A DNA stretch of 64,000 bases. Source: Candidatus Zixiibacteriota bacterium (lineage in GTDB: Bacteria > RBG-13-66-14 > B26-G2 > WVWN01). Below are positions 42,997 to 52,600 of the stretch, one piece after another. How positions within the stretch are numbered: the stretch's first letter is position 1; each line of letters begins with the position of its first letter. Under the pieces are notes generated by a model. That model saw only the letters and a program-made list of their open reading frames with translations, made no database searches and was not told where the DNA came from. The position numbers and the translations under genes were made by a program. The stretch lies in the NCBI GenBank assembly GCA_050117845.1, contig JASFLY010000008.1, positions 40,273-104,272 of the forward strand. The letters are read 5' to 3'.

Positions 42997-43029
42997 TTCG
43001 TTTTGTTCACCTCCGTTATCTTCACCTAA

Positions 43030-43058
43030 AGGATAATTATATTCAGGGCGAAAGTCAA
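43030..43058 (-). promoter_or_regulatory. Promoter for leader 2 and Cys paralog 2
   Basis: TTGACT-17nt-TATCCT. Confidence 0.65.
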
Positions 43059-43124
43059 GTAAAAGAGTCACTAAACGCCGGGTCGGATAGAGGGGAACCC
43101 GGCCCGGCCGCCTCCTCCCGATAC

Positions 43125-43207
43125 AAACAAGAAAGCCGCCCAAAAGGACGGCTCTCTTAGTATAGGGAGGGAGGGTTCGATTTCTAATATGGCGCCCTTG
43201 AGCACCA
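43125..43207 (-). ncRNA. Candidate small RNA B
   Basis: Promoter TTGACT(43241-43236)-17-TATAAT, same GAACCCTCCCTCCCTA motif, terminator AAGAGAGCCGTCC-TTTT-GGGCGGCTTTCTT. Confidence 0.6.
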
Positions 43208-43299
43208 AATACATTATACCAAAACGCAACTATGAAGTCAAGCAAAAAAATCAACTAATACCGAAAATAATTTCCCTTATCATTTGTGTACCGTTTTTT

Positions 43300-43373
43300 A
43301 GCGGGCGACGGGATTCGAACCCGCGACCCTCAGCTTGGAAGGCTGATGCTCTAGCCAATTGAGCTACGCCCGC
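43300..43373 (-). tRNA. tRNA-Gly(TCC)
   Basis: GCGGGCGTAGCTCAATTGGCTAGAGC...TTCCAA...GGTTCGAATCCCGTCGCCCGCT; CCA not encoded. Confidence 0.95.
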
Positions 43374-43386
43374 AGTACCCAAAATG

Positions 43387-43469
43387 TGGGGAGGGAAGGA
43401 TTCGAACCTCCGAAGGCGTGCGCCAGCAGATTTACAGTCTGCCCCCGTTGGCCGCTTGGGTACCTCCCC
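43387..43469 (-). tRNA. tRNA-Tyr(GTA)
   Basis: GGGGAGGTACCCAAGCGG...GCAGACTGTAAATCTGC, long variable arm, GGTTCGAATCC. Confidence 0.95.
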
Positions 43470-43482
43470 GTTGCTTTCCTCT

Positions 43483-43556
43483 AGCTGGCGGGGGGACTCG
43501 AACCCCCGACCTGCTGATTACAAATCAGCTGCTCTAGCCGACTGAGCTACGCCAGC
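43483..43556 (-). tRNA. tRNA-Thr(TGT)
   Basis: GCTGGCGTAGCTCAG...GCTGATTTGTAATCAGC...GGTTCGAGTCC. Confidence 0.95.
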
Positions 43557-43568
43557 ATGGCGGCCGGT

Positions 43569-43597
43569 AGTATATCTTATCCGGGGCGTCGCGTCAA
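43569..43597 (-). promoter_or_regulatory. tRNA operon promoter
   Basis: TTGACG-17nt-TATACT followed by a GC-rich discriminator. Confidence 0.75.
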
Positions 43598-43905
43598 CCC
43601 TTAAGAGAAAAATAAGGCGGTAAAGTTTATTGGCACGTTCGTGCCATTTCGAATTACGGGATGACGACCCGTACCGGCGGTCGTTCGGTAGGCCGGTCCG
43701 TTCGCCTACCCCGGGTTTAAGATGTTTGACTTCGGATAGGAGGTCGGGATATAATAAGCCGAACTAAAGGGGCGGGGCGTTAACTGGATACGCGAGTTCG
43801 TCGCCGCCAAGGACGCGTATTTTTAGTACGCGCGGGTTCCCGGGGCGGGTGTTTTTTGGCCTCTCTCGGCCGCGTGGGGGTGTTATTTAAATAGGAGGTT
43901 AGAGG

Positions 43906-44448
43906 ATGAAGAGGATTTTGGCGTTAGCGCTTCTCGCCGTAGCGCCGGCGTTGGCCAATCCGCCCACGGCCGTCGACGAGGACTTCGGGGGTTCCCAGTT
44001 TCCCCCTCCGGGGTGGACGGTGGACGGCGATTCGAGAGCGTGGTCCTGGGAAGACGGCGGCGGTTACGCCAAAGGGACCGCCGAGTGCGGCGCCGCTCCC
44101 GACTCGGGCTGGACGGCCCTGTATTCCCCCCCATTTCGCGTAAGCAAAGGTACGACGCTGAGGGTCCAGTTCCGCTATAGGACCTATGACGTGAATTACG
44201 AAACCCGATACGTTAGGATCGGGACCTGGCGCAAATTCCTGGATTGGGATCAAGAATGGATTGATTTCGACGAGGTGACGACGACTTTCGAGGCCGGGGG
44301 GGAATACCAGGCCGAATTCGCGCTCTCGATTGCGGGAGGAAGTTACTGGGTGTGGGCCGAATTCGACGTGGACGACGTCGTCATCACCCGTCAAAACGTC
44401 GGCGTCGACCCCACCTCGCTGGGGCGTGTACGAGCGTTGTTCCGTTAG
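43906..44448 (+). CDS. Secreted hypothetical protein with conserved C-terminal motif (similar to 35534 and 36209)
   Basis: Signal peptide; EDFGGSQFPPPGW; ends VDPTSLGRVRALFR. Confidence 0.8.
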   Translation: MKRILALALLAVAPALANPPTAVDEDFGGSQFPPPGWTVDGDSRAWSWEDGGGYAKGTAECGAAPDSGWTALYSPPFRVSKGTTLRVQFRYRTYDVNYETRYVRIGTWRKFLDWDQEWIDFDEVTTTFEAGGEYQAEFALSIAGGSYWVWAEFDVDDVVITRQNVGVDPTSLGRVRALFR

Positions 44449-44569
44449 TTGGGGCTTAACGCTTTAAGCCCGTACGGCGTTTACAAATAAAAACCCGGCG
44501 CTCCGCCGGGTTCATTCTGAACGGTAATACGGCGCGTTATTCATTAGGCCCGGCCCCACGGCCGGGGAT

Positions 44570-44593
44570 GGGCGCAACGCGTTGCGCCCCTAC
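44570..44593. repeat. REP palindrome
   Basis: GGGCGCAACGCGTTGCGCCCCTAC; same core at 47375-47399. Confidence 0.75.
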
Positions 44594-45387
44594 TCCGGCC
44601 CGGCCTCGCGGGCGGGGCCTTTTTCACCCTCGCCTTCCTTTTTCGAGGCTTCGGCCGCCGCCGCGGCCATCTCCGCCCGGGCGCTTTCCTTTATCATTTC
44701 CCGGGCGTAGCGGCCCGTGAGCGGCGGGTCCGCGCTTTCCAGGTATTTGAATAAATGGTGTCGGCCGGCGACGTATTCGCCGTCCGCCGTCAGGATTCCA
44801 CCCAGGACGTACAGGCCGTACGGGAAGTCGGGCCGGCTTACCGTCAACCCCTCGAGCGTGGCCTTGGCCCCGGCGGCGTCCCCGGCCTCCGCCGCGGCGA
44901 GCGCCGCATAGAGGATTATTTCCTCGTCCTCGGGCGCCGTTCCGTGCGCGGCCGCGAAGGCCGTCGCCGCGCCGGCGTAGTCGCCGGCCTCGTAGAGCGT
45001 CGCACCCAGCTCGAACGCGAACGCCGGGTCGTCGGGCCGGCCGACGTGCGCTGCCTCGAGGCCGGCTAACGCGGCGGCGTAGTCCCCCCGGGCCAGGCTC
45101 GCCCGGGCCTCGTGGACTCCTATCAGGATCTCGAGGGTTTCGTCGTGGCCTTTCAATTCCTCGAAGGGGATGCTCACGCGTTCGCCCGCCTCGAACGGCT
45201 TGTCGGCGTCCAGGCCGTTCCCCTGCGCCATCGTTTTGCAAAGCGCCGCGTCGCCGAAGCGGCCGCAAACGGCCGCCAACGTGTCGCCGCGCCGGCCCTC
45301 ATAAACGAAGGAGCCGGCCGGCGGCCGCGGGCCGCACGCGCCGGCCAGAAGGGCAAGGCCGAGAGCGTAAACCCCCGCCCGTCTCAC
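44590..45387 (-). CDS. Lipoprotein with LysM-like and TPR domains
   Basis: Lipobox AGAC; YEGRRGDTLAAV...GERVSIP; TPR helices. Confidence 0.7.
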   Translation of the reverse strand: MRRAGVYALGLALLAGACGPRPPAGSFVYEGRRGDTLAAVCGRFGDAALCKTMAQGNGLDADKPFEAGERVSIPFEELKGHDETLEILIGVHEARASLARGDYAAALAGLEAAHVGRPDDPAFAFELGATLYEAGDYAGAATAFAAAHGTAPEDEEIILYAALAAAEAGDAAGAKATLEGLTVSRPDFPYGLYVLGGILTADGEYVAGRHHLFKYLESADPPLTGRYAREMIKESARAEMAAAAAEASKKEGEGEKGPAREAGPE

Positions 45388-47114
45388 CGCGGCGCCTCTA
45401 CGACCTCGCCCTCGTTGACCGTCAGGATGGCGAGGTCCTTGGCGAGCATGCCGTTGTCGCCGCGCAGCGTCGTGGCGCCCGTTATCCCGGGGAAGTCCCG
45501 TACGGCGTCGAGGCGGCGCTTAATCTCCTCGCCGTCCTCGGCCGGGGGATAGAGCGCCGAACAGACGATGTTCGCGGCGTCGTACGATTCCGCGGCGAGG
45601 TAGTTGGGGAATTCCGCGGTTTCGCGCCGATAGTTCGAGACGAAGGCCCGGACCTTGGGGTCGGGCGAATCGGCGTAGAAGCCGGCCGTGAAGTAGGTGC
45701 CTTCCACGTACTTGGCTCCCACGCGGATAACGCGGTTCTCGTTCCAGCCGTTGGCGCCGAGGACGTACGACGTGACGTCGGAGAAGGTGAGCTGCGGCAG
45801 GATTCGGACCACTTCCTCGTAGTGGCCGGGGAAGAACACGGCCTCGGCCCGGAGCCATTTCAATTGCTTTGTGTAGGAGAAATAGTTGATTTCGCGTTTA
45901 TCCGGTTCCTTCGTCATATCTATCAACGGATACTCGACGGCTCCCACGACCTCTCCGCCGAGCCGCTCGACCGCGGCCGTGAACGCGTCGCGGTTGTCGG
46001 TGCCGTACTCGTTCGCGGGGTAAAGGACCGCGAAACGCTTGAGGCGGAGGTTGTCTACGGCGTAGCGGGCGATGTTCTCGGTCTCGGCCTCGCGAGTCAG
46101 GCCGTTGCAGTAGACGTAACCGTTGATGTTCGTAACGGTCCCGTCGGTCGTGGAGGGGGAGAGCAGAGGGACCTGGTTGGAGTGGCACAGGGGCGCGACG
46201 GCCCGTACGTTACTCGTGAGCGCGGGGCCTATCAGCGCTATGGCTCGGGAGGTGTAGATGAGGTTCTGGGCGGCCTCCAGGGCGCCCTCGTCGGTCCCCT
46301 TGGTATCCTCGCAGACCAGCGTCACCGGTTCCTCGGGGTGCGACTTATTGTGCTCGGCCACGGCCATCTCTATGGCCGTCCGCATCGTCCGGCCGTAAAC
46401 CTCGCAGTCCCCCGTGAGCGGCAGCAGCAGCCCCACTACCAGCGACTCCCGGCCCAATCGCTCGCGTACGGACACCAATAGTTCCTGTGCTTCCTGGCCC
46501 TCGTCCCGGTCGCCGTAGTTCTTCGCCAACTCGTCGAGGACGACGACCGCCTTCTCGTAGTCGTCGCGTTTTATCTCGTGCTTGGCGAGTTTGAGTAGGA
46601 CCTCGGCGGCCTCCGGCGAGCGACGGTAGTCCTCCAGCCGTTTGCGGAGTTGGTGTGCCGTCAGGCCCTCGTCGGCCAGGTTGCCGATGCCGCGGACCGC
46701 TCGTTTGTAGTAGCGGCCGTCCTCGCCGAAGGCCAACACCGCCAGAAGGCGCTCGAGCGCCCGGTGGCTTTCGCCCATGCGGAAGTGCGCCTGAGCGGCG
46801 AGGAATATCGCGTCGTCGAGGTAGGGGGAGTTCGGAAAACCCTCCTCGAACTTCTGGAGGGCGAGTACGGCGTCGGCGTATTCACCCAGCGCGAAATTGC
46901 ACATGCCGATGCGCAACCCCGCGGCCGCGGCGTAGGGACCCCCCGGATCGCGTTCCAGTATATCCCGGTAAAGGCGGAGGCCGGCGACGTAATCCTTAGA
47001 TTCGTAATATCGCTCGGCCCGTTTGAAATCCTCGGTTAAAGCTTCGTCGGCCGCGGCCGAGGCCGCGGCAGCGCATAAAGCCAAAACCAACGTAAGGACG
47101 GCTATCTTTTTCAC
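45384..47114 (-). CDS. Secreted TPR (BamD-like) plus type I periplasmic-binding-fold protein (LppC/LpoA-like)
   Basis: FPNSPY TPRs; VGLLLPLTG, IGP, YGT, AAESYDA, FPGITG. Confidence 0.8.
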   Translation of the reverse strand: MKKIAVLTLVLALCAAAASAAADEALTEDFKRAERYYESKDYVAGLRLYRDILERDPGGPYAAAAGLRIGMCNFALGEYADAVLALQKFEEGFPNSPYLDDAIFLAAQAHFRMGESHRALERLLAVLAFGEDGRYYKRAVRGIGNLADEGLTAHQLRKRLEDYRRSPEAAEVLLKLAKHEIKRDDYEKAVVVLDELAKNYGDRDEGQEAQELLVSVRERLGRESLVVGLLLPLTGDCEVYGRTMRTAIEMAVAEHNKSHPEEPVTLVCEDTKGTDEGALEAAQNLIYTSRAIALIGPALTSNVRAVAPLCHSNQVPLLSPSTTDGTVTNINGYVYCNGLTREAETENIARYAVDNLRLKRFAVLYPANEYGTDNRDAFTAAVERLGGEVVGAVEYPLIDMTKEPDKREINYFSYTKQLKWLRAEAVFFPGHYEEVVRILPQLTFSDVTSYVLGANGWNENRVIRVGAKYVEGTYFTAGFYADSPDPKVRAFVSNYRRETAEFPNYLAAESYDAANIVCSALYPPAEDGEEIKRRLDAVRDFPGITGATTLRGDNGMLAKDLAILTVNEGEVVEAPR

Positions 47115-47138
47115 TTTCGTACCTGCCTGAGTTTCTCA

Positions 47139-47168
47139 CATTCTAGCACTTGCGCCCGAGGCTGTCAA
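47139..47168 (-). promoter_or_regulatory. Sigma70-type promoter
   Basis: TTGACA-17nt-TAGAAT. Confidence 0.7.
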
Positions 47169-47275
47169 CCTGCCGGTGAGAACTTTGCCGCCGCCCTTCG
47201 TCCCGTAACCGGCGTTTAACCCCCTCCCGGATATACCGAGACCGGCCGCTTTCGCGGCTTGGGGGTAGAAGAAGG

Positions 47276-47650
47276 GTGCCACAGACATTCCTGTCTGTGA
47301 TCTCTTTCGACGCCGGCTTTCGGGCCGGCGCGGTTGGCGCCGCCCCGGGGCCCGCGGCATAATCGGCGTTCTTGGGGGCGCAACGCGTTGCGCCCCTACC
47401 AGGCCGTTAGGGTACGGTATTCCTGCCGGTGATTCAATTGCCGCTTTGGCCGCCGCTCCGCGTCGGCCGCCGCGGGCTCCGGGCGCCTCCTCGCGGGCTG
47501 CGGGGTCGCCCTCCGTACACTATGGTGGGGCCGACATTCCTGTCGGCCATTAATCGCCGGGCGGGAACGCCTGGCCCACTAGAAGAAACCGGCCGCTTTA
47601 GGGGCCGGTGCATAACCCGCGAAGCATTAACCGCCGGTTTCAACCGGCGG
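47276..47650. repeat. Cluster of REP-like palindromes (BIME-like)
   Basis: CACAGACATTCCTGTCTGTG, GGGGCGCAACGCGTTGCGCCCCTAC, GGCCGACATTCCTGTCGGCC, CCGCCGGTTTCAACCGGCGG. Confidence 0.7.
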
Positions 47651-47973
47651 CTCGGGCCCCTTTGATGGCCCGCGGTCCAGGCTACCCGAGCGGAGGTGGA
47701 AGGTAGATGTATATAAACGAGAAAGGATCTAATAACTGCGTTCCCGGAAAAACGTATTCCCTTTAAAAAACGTTTGACTTTTTTAGGATATTTTGTTATA
47801 TATTGCCGTTTTCCACTTAGCCGGAAATACGGGGGCCTAAACCCCTGAAAAATATAGCGGGAAGTTATGCGCCCCTTTACCTCGCACGGGGAAAGGTACG
47901 AGCGGGGTAAAGTAGGTGGGTTACTGTCTTCTGTTTCACCCCTAACGCTTCGCGTACCGCGGAGGGTACAGAT

Positions 47974-49170
<1,197 letters not shown>

Positions 49171-49180
49171 AGCGGTTATT

Positions 49181-49345
49181 ATGGCATTAAAAGGCGCAAA
49201 TACGGTTGTAACGCTCGAGTGCACGGTGTGCCGCGAGCGCAATTATACCACGACTAAAAATAGGAAAAAGCACACTGAGAAGCTGGAGCTTAATAAGCAC
49301 TGTCCTCGGTGCAACAAGCACACGCCTCATAAAGAAATAAAATAG
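49181..49345 (+). CDS. rpmG: 50S ribosomal protein L33 (Zn-binding form)
   Basis: [16 protein letters not shown]...[13 protein letters not shown]. Confidence 0.95.
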   Translation: MALKGANTVVTLECTVCRERNYTTTKNRKKHTEKLELNKHCPRCNKHTPHKEIK

Positions 49346-49417
49346 GGCTATAGCTCAATTTGGCAGAGCACCGGATTCCAAATCCGGCGGTTGGGGGTTC
49401 GAGTCCCTCTGGCCCTG
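49344..49417 (+). tRNA. tRNA-Trp(CCA)
   Basis: AGGGCTATAGCTCAA...CCGGATTCCAAATCCGG...GGTTCGAGTCC; overlaps the rpmG stop by 2 nt. Confidence 0.95.
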
Positions 49418-49454
49418 AATAAAGGCGCGGTATAATAAGGAGCAAGAAGCGCGT

Positions 49455-49634
49455 ATGCGTAAGCTGTGGAATTTTCTGGGCGAAGTCCGGGCCGAACTAA
49501 AGAAGGTCACCTGGCCCACGTGGATCGAGGTCTTCTCTTCGACCATCGTCGTCATTATCACAACGCTTATCTTCGCCGCGCTGATAGGCGTTTGGGATAA
49601 AGTATTAATGGAGCTAATGCTTCTCATTCTGTAA
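49455..49634 (+). CDS. secE: Preprotein translocase SecE
   Basis: FLGEVRAELKKVTWP plus one TM; below the ORF-track length cutoff. Confidence 0.95.
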   Translation: MRKLWNFLGEVRAELKKVTWPTWIEVFSSTIVVIITTLIFAALIGVWDKVLMELMLLIL

Positions 49635-49656
49635 GCCCAAAGCAGGGGTAGAGACA

Positions 49657-50289
49657 GTGGCCGACGAGGAAGTCATAAGCGCCGTCGAGGCCGAGGGGCC
49701 CGAAGCCCCCGCCGAAGAGGCCCCGCCCTCGAAGTACCAGGTGCGGGTGGACGACCCGAACGTGCGCTGGTACGTCGTGCACACGCTCACGGGCCACGAG
49801 CAGAAGGTCAAGGCCGCGCTCGAGCGGGGCATCGAGGAACGCAGCCTGGAGGACCAGGTCTACAACGTCCTCGTGCCGGCCGAAGAGGTGACCACCCAGA
49901 CCAAATCCGGGAAGAGCACCCGGCGCAAGGTATTCTTCCCCGGCTACGTCCTCGTCCAGATGAAGGTCTCGGAGGAGTCCTGGGGCTTCGTCCGGCGGAC
50001 CGCGGGCGTTACCGGTTTCGTCGGCTCCGGCTCCGCGCCGACGCCGCTCGCGGACGAAGAGGTCCAGATAGTGCTCGACCAGATTGAGGGCCGCAAGCCC
50101 CAGATGGAGGTCGAGTTCGACTTTGAGGAGGGCGACGTCGTAAACATTACTTCCGGCCCGTTCGCGAATTTCTCCGGCGTCGTGGAGGAAGTCTATGCCG
50201 ACCGGGGGAAGTGCCGTGTAATGGTGACCGTATTCGGCCGGGCGACGGCCGTGGAATTGGATATTTCGGAGGTTGAGAAAGGCCGCTAG
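49657..50289 (+). CDS. nusG: Transcription factor NusG
   Basis: WYVVHT..GHEQKV, FPGYVLV, GPFANF KOW. Confidence 0.97.
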   Translation: MADEEVISAVEAEGPEAPAEEAPPSKYQVRVDDPNVRWYVVHTLTGHEQKVKAALERGIEERSLEDQVYNVLVPAEEVTTQTKSGKSTRRKVFFPGYVLVQMKVSEESWGFVRRTAGVTGFVGSGSAPTPLADEEVQIVLDQIEGRKPQMEVEFDFEEGDVVNITSGPFANFSGVVEEVYADRGKCRVMVTVFGRATAVELDISEVEKGR

Positions 50290-50321
50290 GCCGGACCGTT
50301 CGGGGCCGGAGGCCGCGAGAT

Positions 50322-50747
50322 ATGGCTAAGAAACGCGAGATAGCGAAGATAAAACTGCAGGTGCCGTCCGGGCAAGCGAACCCGGCGCCGCCCGTGGGAC
50401 CCGCGCTGGGCCAGCACGGCGTGAACATCATGACCTTCTGCCAGCAGTTCAACGAGGCCACGAAGGATAAACCGGGCCTTATCGTTCCGGTAATCATAAC
50501 CGTTTACCAGGATAAAACCTTCACGTTCGAGGTCAAGACGCCGCCGGCGGCGGTGCTTCTCAAGAAGGCCGCGAACATCGCGAAGGGGTCCTCCGAGCCC
50601 AACCGGGACAAAGTCGCGACCGTGACGCTGGGCCAGGTGGAGGAGATAGCCCGCACGAAGATGGAAGACTTGAACGCGGAATCCGTTGAGGCCGCGGTTA
50701 AAATAATCGAAGGCACCGCCCGCTCGATGGGCATCACGATCGAGTAA
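50322..50747 (+). CDS. rplK: 50S ribosomal protein L11
   Basis: [15 protein letters not shown]. Confidence 0.98.
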   Translation: MAKKREIAKIKLQVPSGQANPAPPVGPALGQHGVNIMTFCQQFNEATKDKPGLIVPVIITVYQDKTFTFEVKTPPAAVLLKKAANIAKGSSEPNRDKVATVTLGQVEEIARTKMEDLNAESVEAAVKIIEGTARSMGITIE

Positions 50748-50778
50748 GGGCTCATCCCGGAACCGGAGGAAGAAAACC

Positions 50779-51483
50779 GTGGCGGGAAAGAAATACAATA
50801 CGGGTAAAGAGAAAGTCGAACGGGAAAACGAGTACGCCCTGGCGGACTCGATAAAGCTCGTTCGCGAAACGGCGTACGCCGGCTTCGACGAGACGGTGGA
50901 CCTCGCGTTCCGCCTCGGCGTCGACCCGCGGCACGCCGATCAGATGGTCCGCGGTTCGGTCGTCCTGCCGCACGGCACGGGCAAGTCCGTTCGCGTCCTA
51001 GTCCTCGCCAAGGGCGAGAAGGTGCGCGAGGCGGAGGAGGCCGGGGCCGATTTCGCCGGCCTTGACGACTATTTAACCAAAATAGAAAAAGAAAACTGGC
51101 TCGAATTCGACCGCATCGTGGCCACGCCGGACGTTATGAAGGACGTCGCGAAGCTCGGGAAAATGCTCGGGCCGCGGGGCCTCATGCCGAGCCCCAAGAC
51201 GGGGTCGGTGACGTTCGAAGTCGCGAAAGCGGTGGAAGACATAAAAAAGGGCAAGGTCGATTATCGCGTCGACAAGTTGGGGAACGTCCACATGACCGTG
51301 GGACGCCTCTCGTTCTCCGACGACCAGTTGACGGATAACGCCGCCACGGCCATCGAGGCCATAGTCCGGGCCCGGCCCGCGGCTACCAAAGGCCAATATT
51401 TGAAACGGGTCACGGTGTCCAGCACCATGGGCCCCGGGATCCGGATTAGCCGACAGGAAGCCCTGGCGCTGGCCGGCGGGTAA
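50779..51483 (+). CDS. rplA: 50S ribosomal protein L1
   Basis: FDETVD, LPHGTGK, LGPRGLMP, STMGPG. Confidence 0.98.
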   Translation: MAGKKYNTGKEKVERENEYALADSIKLVRETAYAGFDETVDLAFRLGVDPRHADQMVRGSVVLPHGTGKSVRVLVLAKGEKVREAEEAGADFAGLDDYLTKIEKENWLEFDRIVATPDVMKDVAKLGKMLGPRGLMPSPKTGSVTFEVAKAVEDIKKGKVDYRVDKLGNVHMTVGRLSFSDDQLTDNAATAIEAIVRARPAATKGQYLKRVTVSSTMGPGIRISRQEALALAGG

Positions 51484-51513
51484 ACCATCACATAGAAACG
51501 ACGGTGCGGTACC

Positions 51514-52050
51514 ATGCCTATTAGTAAGGAACGAAAAGAAGAGATTTTGGCGTTACTCAAAAGCGAATTCGGCGAAGCCGAAGGTGCGGTGTTCACCGAT
51601 TTCCGGGGCGTCGACGTCGCCGGCATGACGCGGCTCCGCTCCACCCTTCGAGCCGAGGGTTCGCGGTACTTCGTCGCCAAGCGCACGCTCGCCGAAATAG
51701 CCCTCTCCGACGAGGATAAGGAAACGCTGGGCGCGTTGCTCGACGGCGCGACCGGCATCGCCTTCGTCGGCGAGGAGCCGGTTGCCGTCGCGAAAATCCT
51801 CGTCGATTTCCGCAAGGATTACGCCGCGTTCGTAATCAAGGGTGGCCTCTTGGGCGGCGAGTTCCTCGCGTCCGAAAAGATAGTCAGGCTGGCCAAGACG
51901 CCGCCGCGCGACGTGTTGCTCGCGATGCTGTTCGCGGCCATGAAGTCCCCGCAGACCTCGCTCGTGTACGTCATGAGCGGCGTCATGCGGAAGGCGGTCG
52001 CGACGCTTGCGGCCATTGCCGATAAGAAGAAAGAAGAAGAAAACACATAA
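51514..52050 (+). CDS. rplJ: 50S ribosomal protein L10
   Basis: DFRG, VAKRTL, IKGG; position in the operon. Confidence 0.93.
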   Translation: MPISKERKEEILALLKSEFGEAEGAVFTDFRGVDVAGMTRLRSTLRAEGSRYFVAKRTLAEIALSDEDKETLGALLDGATGIAFVGEEPVAVAKILVDFRKDYAAFVIKGGLLGGEFLASEKIVRLAKTPPRDVLLAMLFAAMKSPQTSLVYVMSGVMRKAVATLAAIADKKKEEENT

Positions 52051-52116
52051 CAATAATTATACATATTTATTTAAGGAATATTTCAAGGAGGAAAGCCCGC
52101 CGCGGGCGAAAAGTTT

Positions 52117-52491
52117 ATGACCAAGGAAGAAATCAAGGAAGCCATTAAGTCGATGACCGTCCTCGAACTCTCCGAACTCGTGTCGGAGCTCGAGGAGGAA
52201 TTCGGCGTTACCGCGGCGGCGCCCGTAGCGGTTGCGGCCCCGGGGGCAGCGGCCGGAGAAGCCGCCGTCGAGGAAGAGAAAACCGAATTCGCAGTTGTGT
52301 TGAAGGCCATCGGCGACAACAAGATCCCGGTCATCAAGGTCGTCCGGGAAGTCACCGGCCTCGGCTTGAAAGAAGCCAAAGAGGTCGTGGACGGCGCTCC
52401 CTCCACCATTAAGGAAGGCCTGTCCAAAGAGGACGCGGAGCAGGTTAAGGCCAAGCTCGAAGAAGTGGGCGCCACCATCGCTTTGGAGTAA
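52117..52491 (+). CDS. rplL: 50S ribosomal protein L7/L12
   Basis: [30 protein letters not shown]. Confidence 0.98.
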   Translation: MTKEEIKEAIKSMTVLELSELVSELEEEFGVTAAAPVAVAAPGAAAGEAAVEEEKTEFAVVLKAIGDNKIPVIKVVREVTGLGLKEAKEVVDGAPSTIKEGLSKEDAEQVKAKLEEVGATIALE

Positions 52492-52600
52492 AGCGCTGCA
52501 TACTATTAACCGTGTACGGGTGATCGCGGCGGAGCGGCCGGCCCCCCGGGCCCGCGGTTCCGCCCGTCACCTTGCCGGGTTTTAAAGGAGCGCCGCAGGT

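Noticed and set aside
42967..43254. 95-aa ORF ending in MKSHVSQKT
   Set aside because: It crosses a terminator and two promoters; only the last 9 codons have an SD and a counterpart in the other copy.
47144..47170. CIRCE element
   Set aside because: Only a half-site-like CTAGCACT, which is part of a -10 region; no inverted partner.
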